A DNA stretch of 64,000 nucleotides. Source: Paramecium tetraurelia (lineage: Eukaryota). The first letter of the stretch is position 1; every line of letters begins with the position of its first letter. A model generated the notes under the pieces. That model saw only the letters and a program-made list of their open reading frames with translations, did not search any database and was not told the DNA's origin. The position numbers and the translations under genes were made by a program. Of this stretch, positions 1-14,135 are shown piece after piece. The DNA is taken from positions 62,001-126,000 of the forward strand of contig CT868396.1 in the NCBI GenBank assembly GCA_000165425.1, read 5' to 3'.

Positions 1-1927
1 TCCAATACTTTCTTTGGTAATCTGCCTTAACGAATAGTCTATCTAAGAGCATTAACTTGAACCACCAAGGGATTCTCATCTAAGGTTTTCAACAATAACA
101 ATGTATTTTCTGAGAGTGGAGGTCTTTTTATACGAGAGGTTCTTCTTGAACCTCCTGAACTAGTATCAAAATAAAAGGTTTCTTTGATAAGAGCCCCTAA
201 TTGACCATCTAAATATGATTGTATATCCTCCTCATTGACAATTGCCAATTCTATGCCTGCATCATTAATCTATATAACCAAAGCTTTGTTTAGTTAATCA
301 TCTGGCCATTTGTAAGGGCCATTTTTGGATTGCTCCACTAGCATTCTTCTTTCTCTTTCTTCTAAAGTTCGAGGCGATCCTTTAGTAAAGGAAAATTAAT
401 CTAACATCATATATGTACTTTACTTAAAGGGGCATCAAACTCACAGATTTCGAACATCTAAAACTTTGCAATCAGATCTCCAATTAAAGGTGGATCCTCC
501 TATTAGTTATTCGAATAAGAAATTCTCTTCCTTCTAAATAATTTAATATCAGTTGACTGTAGTTTTCTTAATTATTTATTTATTTTTTGAAGATTCAAGT
601 TATACTTAGTTTATTCACCTAGTTGGTCTTACTAATCTGTAACTTTTTATAATAATTGAAATAATTGGTTTGTTATATCAAATTGGCCTACATAGATTGA
701 GTCTTTTCCTTATTTCTTCCATAAGATTACTTATATTGGATTTGTATAGTTGTAAATGAGAACAGTATCCAAACATTCATTTAATTAATTGGGAAATTCT
801 TTTGCTGAATTTTTAAAGAATGTCTAGCCATTATAGTTAAGTTCCCAAAAAAATAATGCTGGTTTATCAACACTAGTTAACTCAGATTTTGAATTGATTC
901 TCAAATCTCTAAAATTTGTATAAGTCAAATTTTGAATGTGAATCATTATAAATTTAACATTTTTCGTTAGTTTTTTACCGATTATATGGAATTGCTGACT
1001 ACTTGGTGTTCTATCGAATTCCTTCTAGGTTTAATCATTAAAGTAATCGATCAAACCTTGCCACTCGCCAGCACTGCTTCTTTTTACTGCCATTCCAATC
1101 AAATGATTAGTTTTTGCACTCTCCTACGCTTTGATCATGTCATCTACTCAATGTCATTTATGTTTACCTGCATTTTTGATAAATCCTTATCTCAGATACT
1201 AATTGAAGACCAAAGGGTTTAGACTGATACTTGATTTTGAACTGTGCGGAGATTAACTTGATAAACTCTTACTGGATGCATCGAACTTCTGTTATTGCTC
1301 TCTCACCTCCTCATCTCTTGCTGTTGGACTAATCAATTAATTTCAATTAATACTTGACATAATAATTTACTAATTTCTAGTTTTGTAACTGTTAAGACTT
1401 CTTATCTAACTTTTTTAAACTATTGAGTTCTTCTTTTAATTATTTTAACTCTTATTTTTGCTATTCTCTGTCCTTTACTGTAACCTTTTTAGATCGAAAT
1501 GTAGTGGCTAATTGTTATACTAATTTTCTATACGTTCATTTTTATCTGCCTTCTTTTTGTTTTTTTTCTCTACAATTTATTTCAATTAATCATACCTTCT
1601 TCCTGCTGCAGTTATACACTTTTTTCCAATACTTTCCGCAATAAATTTGCTAATTCCTCTTAACTCAATATTTAATTCTCATCTTAATCAAATGTATTTA
1701 TTATATCAGAAATCTATTCGTCACTCAATTGCTATAAATAGATTCTACGATTACCTTAACATTCGCCTGCTTATACATTTCAAGAACAGTTCTTTTCATT
1801 TCCGAAAATTCGATGTAACCATTTTCTTTTTTTATTAATAAGAAAAATTTATACCATTTTCATCTATGGCAATGAACACGTCCTTAGCCAGAGCCTTGAA
1901 TTTCTGTTCGTCCTTTAGAAAATCCAT
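1..1927 (-). CDS. EF-hand-containing protein (3' end runs off the window; exon structure around 500-980 unresolved)
   Basis: ATG at 1927. Ciliate-code translation MDFLKDEQKFKALAKDVFIAIDENENGYIEFSEMKRTV...TFDQDENQILSQEELANLL gives two EF-hand-like loops after removing tiny GT..AG introns. The last exon matches the 39..248 ORF. Confidence 0.65.
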
Positions 1928-2630
1928 TTATTATTTAATTTATTAAATATTATTCAGGTTTCTTTGTTGATTTCAACATAAAATATCTAAAAAATGTATA
2001 ACACACTTATAAAATATAATATTAATTTGTCACCAACCAAACTAACATAGTATCAGCGTTGGGCCAAATTTAAATTCTTGAATCACTCAAAATAAGAGTG
2101 CATTTTATTTTAAACTCATTCCCCCCTCTACTTTTCTTAATTGCATCTTTTGCAACTTACTCCTAAGACGTCTGTCATAAACTCAGCAATTCTTATTAAT
2201 TTTTGAAGTTTTTTCTCAAGATCCCCTGATTGAATTTCTTAAACTCAGAGAATAATTAATTCAAATTATGGGAAAGCAGTCTGCCTGGTAATCATTCCTA
2301 ATATCGATGGGTTTTCCATTTCTTATAAATATTTTATGATGTTTTGATCATTTAAATCAATGCAGCAGAGTGTCAGAATTATTCGCAAAAAAATTGATAA
2401 GTTAAAATATATATATTGATAATTATAACTGCTACAAGTGTCAATTTATATAATTAATAAGTTGTCCTTAAAGATCTATTAAGTGAATGTAGATATTCAT
2501 TGATATCATAATTAATTAATTGAATCTGTTTGAGTGTTCTACTATTGTTGTTTTTCCATTGTGAGATCTGTAGAATAATTTGAAGTAAATGATTTTAATT
2601 AAGTATCCTCAAATATATAATTTAATTAAA

Positions 2631-5486
2631 ATGTAGTATGCAGCAACCAGCAAATGCAAATTGATGTCGCCTTAGATAGAACAAGAGATGAACTCTAAGG
2701 GTTTGGATAATTCAATTTTAGAAATGAGTCCAATGAAGATAGAAACTTCTAACCCAGGCATTTCAACAACTTAGCAATTGGTTTCGATTTAGAGATTCGG
2801 TGGGGTAACCATGAGGATCAATTCAATCCCAATTGACACATTATAACCGCCAGATTTACCAGAATCGGATGGAATATTGTCTATTGATAAATAAAGGGAA
2901 AATCAAGTGATGCTTTCAAAAAAGTAATCGCCATTCGCTAAATTAATCATTAATTGTCATTCATTGAAGTTTGCCAACAAAATGATTAGCTTTATAAGAC
3001 CTGATTGTAAATTTTCTCAAAAATAGCACCAGATTTTAAACGACCAAGCAAGTTCGTATATGAAATAGAAGGGTAAGATAAGTGGGAATTTTGTGCAATA
3101 AAACCTTAATACAATAGATTTGCAGATCAGACTCAAATTGAGGACATGGAAAAATGGAATAGTAAATAAATTGTCAGGATGCTTCACTTAATTATATAAT
3201 TACATCCCTTTAATAGAACCAAATAATATAACCAAATTAGTGTGGGACTTTTTGCTCTGTCTCATTCGCATCTACTTGATAATGTGGTCTCCCATCATAA
3301 TTTCGTTTCCATTTTTGTAGAATGACCATGCAAGCTATTTCCTAATCAGTTGCGTATTTCTAGCATTCGATTTGGTGATTAGAAACTTCACCATTTATTT
3401 TCACAAGGGTTTGCCAGTCAGAGATCGAACGAAATTATTTAAGAAGCAAATTAATTTCGGTTTAGCAATAGAATTAGGGAGTATCTTATTCGGAATCCTC
3501 GTATCCCTCGATTACTAATTGAGCACATGGTTCTTCATCCTGTTCTATTATTAATTGAGAAACATAATGAAATTGGTCGATATCATTCAATATAATTTGA
3601 AGCCCACAAAAATGGTCAGTTCTGTCATAGATCTTTTCAAATTGATAGCTACAGTGTTATTAATACAGCATTTCTGTGGTTGTTTATGGTAATGAAATGA
3701 AATCTTAATTGCTTAGGTTAAAATTAGGTTAGTATTATGACAGTCAAGGAAAAATAAATTGGATGATGGATGTAAAGGAGGAAAGTTGGTAGGTACAATT
3801 TCTTGAATCCTTTTACTTCATGAGTGTGACCATGTTTACTGTAGGATATGGTGATATCACACCCACAAGTAAAGATACATTATTATATGATTAGATTCAC
3901 TGGAAAAGATGTTTTGTATTTGTTATATGTTCTTGTCCACTTTGCAATATTCTTATTCAGTCAACACAATTGGGTTAATCCTTACTGAGATGAAAGAAAA
4001 TAATGAAATGATTAGATAAAAGATGACTTGCATCAATGAGTATTTGCACTGTAAGAAATTGAGTACTGAACTCTCTATGAAAGTAAGGGAGTATTTTAAT
4101 TTTTATTGGAATCAAGAAATTATCCAAAAGAAAAATGAACAAATAAGACTCATCACTCTTTTGCCAGAAGATCTCCAAAAGAAGTTGAAGTTGGAATCTG
4201 CCTCCTCTTTGATTATCAAATGTCCCTATTTTTCTCAGTTTCCTAAACCTGCCTTAGAATGTCTACTCCAAAGCATTGAATTTAATATCTTTTAGCCAGG
4301 TGTCTATGTAAATCCATAAAACTATATTTATATAATTGAAAGTGGAAAAGTTGAAGTCATGCAAGAGAAGGTTTGATTATAAATATTTTAGGTTGTTATA
4401 GACACACTAAAAGAAAATTAGTGTTTTGGTTTACAAGAACTCTTCTCTTAAAGTGATAAAATCACTTATAAATCAGCTGACTTCACTAGTCTATTAATGA
4501 TTCCTCGTTCTGAAGTTCTCAAAGTGGTTAGCAAATTCCAATTACAAATTATACCTGATAAGTTTTGCTATATCTGTCATGATAAAAGACATTATACTCA
4601 CCAATGTAATGTTGTCCATTATATCCCTGATATAGAGAAAGTAATTATGAGATATCATTTTAATAATGTTCAAGAAAGAGGCAGATTAAAATAAACTTAG
4701 AAAAATCGGACAAAATTTTACGCATTAAATGAATATGTTTTGATACAAGGTAGTGCTAAAATATATTAATTGGAGAATGATATAGTTCCAGAAAATGAAA
4801 TCCAAGAACAATAAAGTCAAGGCTTTAGTATCCATCAAAATGGACCTCCTAAAATCAATGTTGTTACTTTTGAAGATCAACAGGTATAATTAAATCCCCC
4901 AGAATGGCTGGTTGAAACTTCATTTAATCCTGTGAAATTCATGCAAAGAACCAGCTTATTACAATAAACTTAAATCTTAGATAGTTTTAAGAACAAAAGG
5001 GATAAGAAGCTCCTGCTATCTGGAAATACGAATAAATAAAGTGATTTAACAGTGATTTCAGACAAACCTGGAGACTTTCAAGAAGCTTTAACCAAATTGT
5101 AATACATTCTACCCAAATTGTCAAATAATGAATACGAGAGATGTTTCCTACTCATTAAAAAGCTCGAAGGAGAGTTAGGTTTAACAGATATACCAGATTT
5201 TGAATAGCTTAGGGAATTTGATAAATTTGATAGAGAATGGAACATTGATAGAATCATAACTAAACTGATGAGACCTATACGAAAAAATAATACAGAATTA
5301 TTAAATTAATTATTAAACAAGTATTCGAAATATCTGCTATTTCCTTATGAATTTATACGTCTATTTAGAAATTCCTTAATCGAAGAAGAAGATATTAAAC
5401 AGAATAAATCCTATTTGGAATAAGTTAGACATAGTGTTAGACACTTTTTAAAAAGAAAGGCAACATAAGTGTTTCCGTAGAAATGA
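2631..5486 (+). CDS. 6-TM cyclic-nucleotide-binding-domain family (EAG/HCN-like) K+ channel
   Basis: Pore helix and filter SFYFMSVTMFTVGYGDITP (~3808-3867), six hydrophobic segments, C-linker (KVREYFNFYW...LLPEDLQKKL), degenerate CNBD. Introns 3689-3716 and 3869-3894. TGA at 5484-5486. Confidence 0.9.
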
Positions 5487-5541
5487 GATAATTAATTATA
5501 TATTCTCGCCAATAATACCTATACATTATATATTATATTAT

Positions 5542-7496
5542 TCACATTAAACAGCTTAACAATTTTGTTACTGCTTATTATTTTTATTGTTTCCACTCTT
5601 TCTCTGCTTCATAATAATGGATTGCCCTATAGTTGCCTAGCTTTTCCATGGAAAATGTCTCCAATAAGGTTTGATAATTATAAACTGTTGAGGCATAATA
5701 ATAATGATTCGGACCGTGAATTTAGACAAGTAATTTGTCCCCTTTTTAATTTGTAATTATGAAATCAATTTCTGCTCCATTAACAAACTAATTCGACACC
5801 AATTTAAATGTATTTGGCATATACTGTAAGATGTCCTACTTTATTTCTTATCCGAGAATCGAAGACTAGTCCACGTTCTTTAATTTTTCTTTTCTCAATC
5901 TCTATGCTATACTTTGCCCTTCATAATAATAAGCTTTGTGTTCCTATTTGAGATCCTTTGTCCAATGAGCCATAGCAATTTGCTTGAAAAATAATTACTA
6001 ATCAAAAAAATTCCTCTTTTTTTAAACGTGTTCTTCAATAATTATTTTAAACTTCTCTTCAAAATCTTTGGAAAAAGGAATATTAAAATAATTATAGAGT
6101 AATGCTTATCTTGAACATAATTCTAAATTCCAATTGGTTTTAAGACTCTTTTCCAAAAGCTCACGCATTTCATTCTAATTCTTTTTTTATGCTAATTGCC
6201 TTTATAAATATTCAATTTTCTAATAAGAGTAGATGTCTTAATTCAAATAAGTCTTAAAGTGGTGCATTCCTATGCAATCATCTTAGTCAAACAGTATGTT
6301 ACAGTCATCAAAATAATTCAATATTGGTAGGAGATCAGTGGGATTAACTATTTGTTTGGCTAATATCTTTTTCAACTCCTCCATCATTGGCTAGAGTAGT
6401 TCTGGCAATGAAATACCGAAAGTTTAGATTACTCTCATGACACTACATCTATATATATAGTATTTACTTAATGTAGAAATAGAATTGACCGTCAATGTAC
6501 ATCTACAATTCCTTAACAATTTGTAAGACTTACTAATCCTTGAGCCTAAGTTATTCAAGCTTCTCTTTCTTCTAAGAATCGCTTCCAGTAAAATGCTAAT
6601 TTACATACTCCTTATCTAACTGTATACCTGACAAGGTTATTAGATTTGCCATCATTTCCTATTCAGCTAATGATATCTAATAGTCAACAATAAAGTATTA
6701 CTGATGGCAACACAAATCTGTTTATCAATTTTGTCTCATTTATTCCCTTGACCTTCAGTTGATTGATCTGAATTAAGATCTGTTATTTGAGATCCTCATT
6801 AAAGTAGAACTGGAGATTGCATAGATTTAACAATTCCATCAAGCAAGTCTGTCCCAAAATTTGTTTATTTTCATTAAAATATTATAAGACAGCCTCCTTC
6901 AGTTATTCGTTATAATAGTCATTTGATCTCAACACAACCAATAATTGTTTAAATTATTTTTATCCCAGACTGGGAATTATTTTGATAATCTATTGATTCA
7001 TTTCATCTTTGAGATCGTGCAACCATTATCTATTCTCCTCTGTTAAATAGGGATAGTCGTATGTGAATATTTAAAATGCATTTACTAAATCATAAACTTC
7101 CAAATCCTCTGAAGCAATTAAATTTTATATCAATCTTGGCAACACTTGATCTTGATTGAAGAATTCTGGATATGAAAAATATGTCTACAACATCTTTAAT
7201 TAAGTTATGAAATGCAAATCATCCATTCTTAATAATTAGTTATACAAATCCTTAAATAATTCTTCATCTGTCGTAAAATATTATTACATAAGATCAATCA
7301 CAAATTATTGCTTTTCAGAATCAATAGGTTGATCCTTAAGCCTAGAAAGAAGATACTGAATGTCTATTTCTAAATTAAACTATTCTCGCAATTATTAAAG
7401 TCGATGTACAAATTTCCAATTAATAGGTTTCGATTAAATCATCTATTAAACTGTTAGTAATAATCTCTGATAATTCTCAGGTGTAGGTGGATTCAT
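5542..7496 (-). CDS. Helical-repeat protein with C-terminal RAP domain (FASTK-like RNA-binding)
   Basis: Open in ciliate code from MNPPTPENYQ. The C-terminus AEIDFIITNQKGDKLLVQIHGPNHYY...LLETFSMEKLGNYRAIHYYEAEKEW fits the RAP pattern (hhE/QhxGPxH...LG..h.h.y.EW). Confidence 0.65.
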
Positions 7497-7946
7497 GATA
7501 TTTTGTAATTAAGCAAAAGTGCTAATTGTTTGCACTTAATTGCAAAACCCATAAAATAATTTTCGAAACATATTATATTAAAATTACTTTTCAAAAATAT
7601 ACCTTATTCCAAAGAAAACATAGAATTAAATTTTTTTCTGATTTATTATTATAAAAGGCTTTAATTTCAGAATAAAATGTTCTAAAAATTAAAGATGATG
7701 CTTAAAAATAGCTTAGAGAGGAGATAATAAAATTCTGATAAAATTACCATAAAAAGAAAAAGCAATTTAAAATGAATTTTAATTATTGTAAATATGAAGA
7801 TACTTTAAATTATCAAATCTAAGTACATTAAGTTCAAATTGTTAAAACAAGAATATAAAAACAATTAATAAGAATGACAATATCCTATCCTATCATAGTT
7901 ATAATATAATTAATTTAACATAAAAATATAATTAATATAAAATCTT

Positions 7947-10900
7947 TCATTCTCCGATTACTGAAAGTTCTGCTTCCAATTCTTAAATTTAATTTAGCAA
8001 AGAATTTCTTGCCAGTTACTATTATTCAATTATAAGTTGTTTGTCCTAAATCATTCTTTGTTTAGCCTTTTAAGTCTCAGAGTTGGCTAGATTTATATGA
8101 TTATAAAATACCTGTTAGAGACATTTTTTTATCACCTTTTTATTCTTAATTATTATGAGTTGATTTAATTTACTTCATTTTTTTTCTAAGATTATTGATT
8201 TCGATAATTAGTTTAACATTGCCTCTCATAATCCTAATATTTTCAGCTTTGTGTATTTCTTCATCAGCTTAAAGATTGGCTTTCAATCCTTCAACGGATT
8301 TTTCTAAATACTGCTTTTAACTTTTATATTCAGCAAGTATGTCAGCATTGACTTATTATGGTTTAACATCATCTTTATGGAATTCTTTGAAGATTTCTTG
8401 AGCTTTTTCAGTTAATTTTTCTTAATTTTGAATAAATTAGACAGCTTGGTAGACTGAGTCTTTAAATTTTCTTAATTCTGACATTTTGGAATGAAATTAA
8501 TTATCTTTATTTTTTAATATTGGTTTTCATTATTTTTAATTCTTAATCAAGGGCATCAACCACATTTCCAAGATTATTATTCAAATAAGCAAAGTTTTTT
8601 AATTTCTAATCCATCAAATTGGTTTTTTCTTTCATTCTATTGATTTCTTCATCTCTAGGTCCAGTGTCTCTTTTGAGTTCCTTAATTTTGTGATCTAAAA
8701 CAAATTTAAACTTTTCTAATTCTTATGATCTCTTCTTTAATTCGTAAATCTTCCTTTCCTTCTCTCCAATTGTTTTATCCTTATCCTGTATTTGTTTTAA
8801 TTACTCTTCAATAGCTATTTTGAGTTGATGATTTTGATCATCCAATTATTTCTTTTGTTCATTATAATCTTTAAGATTTTCATTTTGTTTTTCCTCCTCC
8901 TACAATAAAGATTAAATCTTCTTCTTTGTCATGCTGACTTCACTTTTAGCCTTAAGACCTTGATCAGTTTTTTAAAGAATCTATTATTGATTTTGTTCTT
9001 CAAGAGCTTCAATTTCACCTATAGTCTCCTTCCTAATTTATTCAATTGTTTCCCTGTACTTTTCTTTCTCCTTATTGTATTCCTTCTCCATTCTTTCCCT
9101 CTACTGTCTTTCTTCAAGTAAACGAGCATCATAATCCTTCTCTAACTTTTTGAGTTCATCTGTATGTTCTCTTTATAATTTCCCAATTTCCTTTTCATAT
9201 TTAGTTTGATGAATTTCTTTCTCATTTTTAGTCTTCTCATACTTTTCTGCTTCCTTATTGACTTTACTTTATTGATTTTATTCTAATTCCTGGATTTCAG
9301 CTTCGAATTCTTCCATTATTTATTTCCTGGTTTCTTGAATATGTTTTTCTGTTTCTCTCTTCTTTTCTACTAAAGTGTCATAGGCTACCTTATATTGTTA
9401 CTTGAGTGTGGATTCTTTATCTGTTAATTATTTGATTTGATCTTCCTTTGATGAAATATTAATAGCATTTTAAGGAGCAGTGATATCCTGCAATTATGTT
9501 TTGAGATTATCCCTGGTGGTTTTGAGATCGGCCTTATCTTCTTTAGTGACAATGATATCATCTGCATATCTTTGTTAATATCCTTCTTTATTTTTTTATC
9601 CTCTGGCATCTTTATCCTTAATTTCAAATACAATGATGGCTCCATCCCTACCAGCAGTAATGAGATATTGATCATCAGCAGTAATCTTCATTTTCTCTAT
9701 ACCTCGTTCATCATGAGCCTAATACTCTACATTGGTACCAGCAGATGGACCAACAAAGGGATATTTATAACATCTCACAGCTCCCGAGTATCTATTTTCA
9801 TCACATACACCAGCAAACAATATTTTGTTACTGCTTGAGAAACAAATTTAAGATAAGGTAGCTTCAACATTCCTTTTGTTTTCTGTTGGTTCCTGGCAAA
9901 CAAACTCTCTAAGATGACGATCCTCTCCGACAACATACACTATTCTAGTATCAAATGTTAATGCAACACTCGACTATGGGATATTCTTGCCATTTGCTTT
10001 AGCATGAATATCAAGCATTCTTTGTCCTGTTGTGTCAGCACCTACTTTCCATAAGGATATCAAACCATCTTAACCACAAGTGGCTAAAATTGTATCATCT
10101 CTACTCCAAGTTATGCATCTAATTCTACCACTATGACCTTTAAATTATAGATTGGCAGGATTATCTCCAACATAGAATCTATAAATGTGGATTATATGTT
10201 AAGTAGTGTTAGCTGCATTAACGGCAGCAAAGTATTGTCCTCCATTAGAGAATTTGATTTCTTTGCATTATTTGAATTACCCAATTTCTCTATAGTGTTT
10301 TATTTGATTGTTATGAACACAAACATTCATCAATCTTAATCTATCAGTCAATCCTACAACAATATGGAATCCTGATGGATGGATAACTGACACAATAAGC
10401 TTCTTCATTAAAGAATCTGTAGGCTTCCATGCTTTTCTCTTCATAATTCCATATACGAATGTATTTGTCAGCTCCACATGTCACTATAAGGGGTTTTCGA
10501 ACACATACATCCATGCCATTAATTGGAATTCCAGCATTTACTGGAGGACAGGAGTGAAATGGCAATGAAACTAATTCAAATTGTTGTTGTTCTTCCAAAA
10601 ACTATTCAGTCTTCAATTTCAGACTATAAATTAAATTGCTAGACAGAGTAACTATGATGGTATCTTCACTGATGGGTGTAAAGCTGATTCCTTTGATTTA
10701 ACATTTGATATCAGATATTGACTTCACGTGAAGCATTTGGATATTTTCATATTCTTTGCTGTATATGTAAATTGTAGAATTGTCTCCTCCAATTGCAAAT
10801 CCCTATTGCATTGCTTATATCACTTCAATCAAAAAAGGTTGTTTGTTTTGGTGGTAAGGATTCTTCAAATACTTGACGAATTCAGCATTCTCATCACAAA

Positions 10901-11639
10901 GGAAAACCTCTCCCAATTAAGTGCATACAATTAAATGATCTGGATGCTATATCATCCAAGTATGACAACAGTAATTATTTGATAAATCAGCAGGTGCTTT
11001 TTGTAATGATGCTGACACTTACTTGAGAGTATAACTCTTTGTTTCGCCTTCATTTTGAATCATCTTATATGATTTGAAAATTCCTTTTCCGATTACAGTG
11101 ATAAAGGTGGCATCATTAGGTTAAAAGGCTACTTCCAAACATTCATTATTTCCTGAAGTTACTTTTACAGAAGCTAAACATTTCATAGTATCAGTTTGAA
11201 AGTAACATAAATATGAATCAACAGGACTTCCATTAACAGAGGTTCCTCCACTCAAGCCAACCAGAGTCTTAGCTTCCGCATTAGGCCCAAATGCAACAGA
11301 TACCCATTCCTTAACTGGAGCATCGTGATAGATGAGCGTTCTCTTTTTCTTTTGAGACATCGTATCGTATATTTGTATAGCAGGCTTTTCTCCCTTGACT
11401 CCTGCTGCTAAAAATCTCTTCATTGGGGAGAGAGTCATACAGGAGAATCCTCTGTAATGTTCGAATCCTTAGAAGTAGCTTTGACTCTTATCTTGCAATG
11501 AGTAGCACACTATGTGAAAGCCTGCTGGATAGATGATTCGAGTATCATCCATGAAGTAGAGGTTATTCCGTAAATTGCTGTTCAATCCGAAGATGTATTT
11601 TGGTTGAAGCTGCTGCGACGGTTGCAGAGTAGGAATCAT
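7947..11639 (-). CDS. CFAP57: Cilia- and flagella-associated protein 57 (WDR65); one +1 frameshift near 10381-10386
   Basis: N-terminus YIFGLNSNLRNNLYFMDDTRIIYPAG, WD40 repeats (MDVCVRKPLIVTCGADKYIRIWNY; HPSGFHIVVGLTDRLRLMN), long C-terminal coiled coil with [31 protein letters not shown]. Confidence 0.88.
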
Positions 11640-11793
11640 TATTAATGAATAATTATATATGTAAATGGTTAGTAATATAAATGGACCATATTTACCTATT
11701 TAGAGAAAGAGAGGGCATCTCAAGGGAATGTGAGTTAATAAATCTAATAAATACAATATGTGTTCCGAAGTAGTTATAATCAATAATATAATA

Positions 11794-13532
11794 ATGAATC
11801 TCTCAAAATCCAATTCTCAGAAGGGGTTTAGGATACTTTAGAAGTCTTCTTTGAGTCCCAATCATAAATTGTCTCCAGAGAAGTCTAAGCTCTCATTCAA
11901 AACTCGAAAGAATAGTGAATTGTTGAAGTTAATGGTTTCGCCAAAGCTAATTACGAATCAAACAACTTAGGAGGGATCATTTGCAAAGAGAGAAACAACT
12001 CTTCAGAACTCTTAGATAATGGATGTGGTATTGGTGATCGTACATGTTGGACAGTAGTAATTCAGATTCACTTTCACTCGAAACATCACTACAACCTAAA
12101 TGCGCGCTGCCCTCTTGCAAAAGCTAAAATAGAAGATTGTGGCATTTACAACAATTGATCATAACATTCTCATTGATTACTACCTGACCCTTGAAGAACG
12201 ACCGATCGTTTGGCCTGAATTGTAATTGGAATGTCAGGAACCCGTATTAACAGGTCAGCATGTTTCGCTTAAGGATTTTTAAATTTTGAAATGCATAGGA
12301 GCGGGTGGATTTTCTAAGGTTTACTTGGTGAGATCCAAAATAAATGGTTCATTTTTATGCCATGAAACTCGTTGACAAAGAGTTCATCATCAAGTATAAA
12401 AAAGCAGGTATTTTATGTATACATATAAATCAAAGAATTGCTCCAAAATGAAAGAGACATCATGGCATTTATCTATCATCCTTTTACAATCTAAATGCTT
12501 TTCTCCTTTGAAAGTCGAAACTTTATAGTATTTATCCTCGAGTTCTGTAGTGGAGGCGAACTCTTCTACTAACTCAAAACCTTGAAGAGAATGTCAGAAG
12601 AGCAAGCCCAATTCTACTTTGTGGAAATCTGCATTTGCATGCTATACTTGCATCAAATGGGAATCATGTATCGTGACATCAAACCTGAAAACATCCTTCT
12701 CGACTTAGATGGACATATTCGTATCTCTGATTTTGGACTCTCTAAAATCACAAGTCCAGATGAATTTGCTTACAGCTTTTGCGGATCTCCAGAATACATG
12801 GCACCTGAAATGTTACTCAAACGTGGACACACAATACAAGTCGATCATTATTGTCTTGGAGCCCTACTCTACGAACTAGTTACAGGTCTACCTCCTTTCT
12901 ATAGCAAAAACACTCAAAAAATCTATGATTCCATACTCAATGAATAAGTCACATTCCCACAATTCCTTAGTCAAGAAATCAAAGATCTCATGTCTGGCTT
13001 ATTAGCCAAAGAACCTAATAAAAGATTAGGAGTTCGAGGAGGAGTTAGAGAAATCCTTCAACACAAATGGTTTAAGAAAGTCAATCTGACTGACATCCTC
13101 ATGAAAAGAGTGACTCCTCCTATCAAACCTGATATTTAGAAATTAAATTTCGAGACTAAAAATTTGCAGCAAGGAGACTTGGAAGTTAGAGAGAAATTGA
13201 TTGGAAAGGCAGGTTTCAAAAAGGACTTTAAAATTTTTGATGAATTCTACTTTGATTATAGAGAAAATGTACGAATAGTAGATTAACAAAGATTATTGAA
13301 AGAACACATGAAGAATGTGGATTCTATTTAATAGCAGAAACCTCGTTCATTAGATAAGATTATATCTGAGGACAGTAGATAATCGAAATTGCAAAAAAGA
13401 TTGGAGCAACAGACTTCTCTGAGAACGAGTCCATAGAAAGGATCCACCTTAATGAGTAATAACTTTATGCAAACAGGAGGATTGAAAACGGAATGTTCTG
13501 ATCTGACATCAAGCAAGAGACGCATCACTTGA
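11794..13532 (+). CDS. AGC-group Ser/Thr protein kinase (S6K/Akt/SGK-like); +1 frameshift near 12346-12356
   Basis: GAGGFSKV, YAMK, YRDIKPEN, DFG, SFCGSPEYMAPE and AGC C-tail. Intron 12408-12435. Confidence 0.92.
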
Positions 13533-14135
13533 TATTTATAATATTTATAAAATTATAACATCTTTATGATATTATTCAATTAATGAACATGGTTTAAATT
13601 TATAAAAGCTACCACAATTTATGCAAATGAATTTTAGATTGTTGCTGCATTAGCAAAAAAGAATTCAATTTAAAATTGTAATGATATCCTTATAAATCTT
13701 AAATAGAACAATGAACAATTTATTTATTCTTTAATGTATTTCAAAATTTTGATAATTTTTCATAATAAACTCGCTCGGCAGATGGTTGATTAACATAGAA
13801 ATTCATCTACTAATTCCAACATTAGAATAAAATAACAAATTTAAATGAGGAAAGAATTTCAGATGTATTAACTATTATTTATGATTATTCTTTAGGAAGT
13901 AAGTAAAATGTATAGATGAAAATCTATTAGATAGTTAGAATTCTTAAAAATTCGACAAAACTACTAAATAATAATTATAATTAGTCGCTTTACATAATTG
14001 GATTATCGCATGATTTAGCAAATGAATTAGACTTAATTTTGATCGGAATATGTAGAAACTCAATAATATTAGTCAGAAATAAAAGGGTAATAGGTTATCA
14101 TAAATTTAAAATTTATGAAACAACAGCGATATTTA

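Noticed and set aside
1791..1810. Suspected frameshift in the EF-hand gene
   Set aside because: On recount the frame is continuous (FSEMKRTVL).
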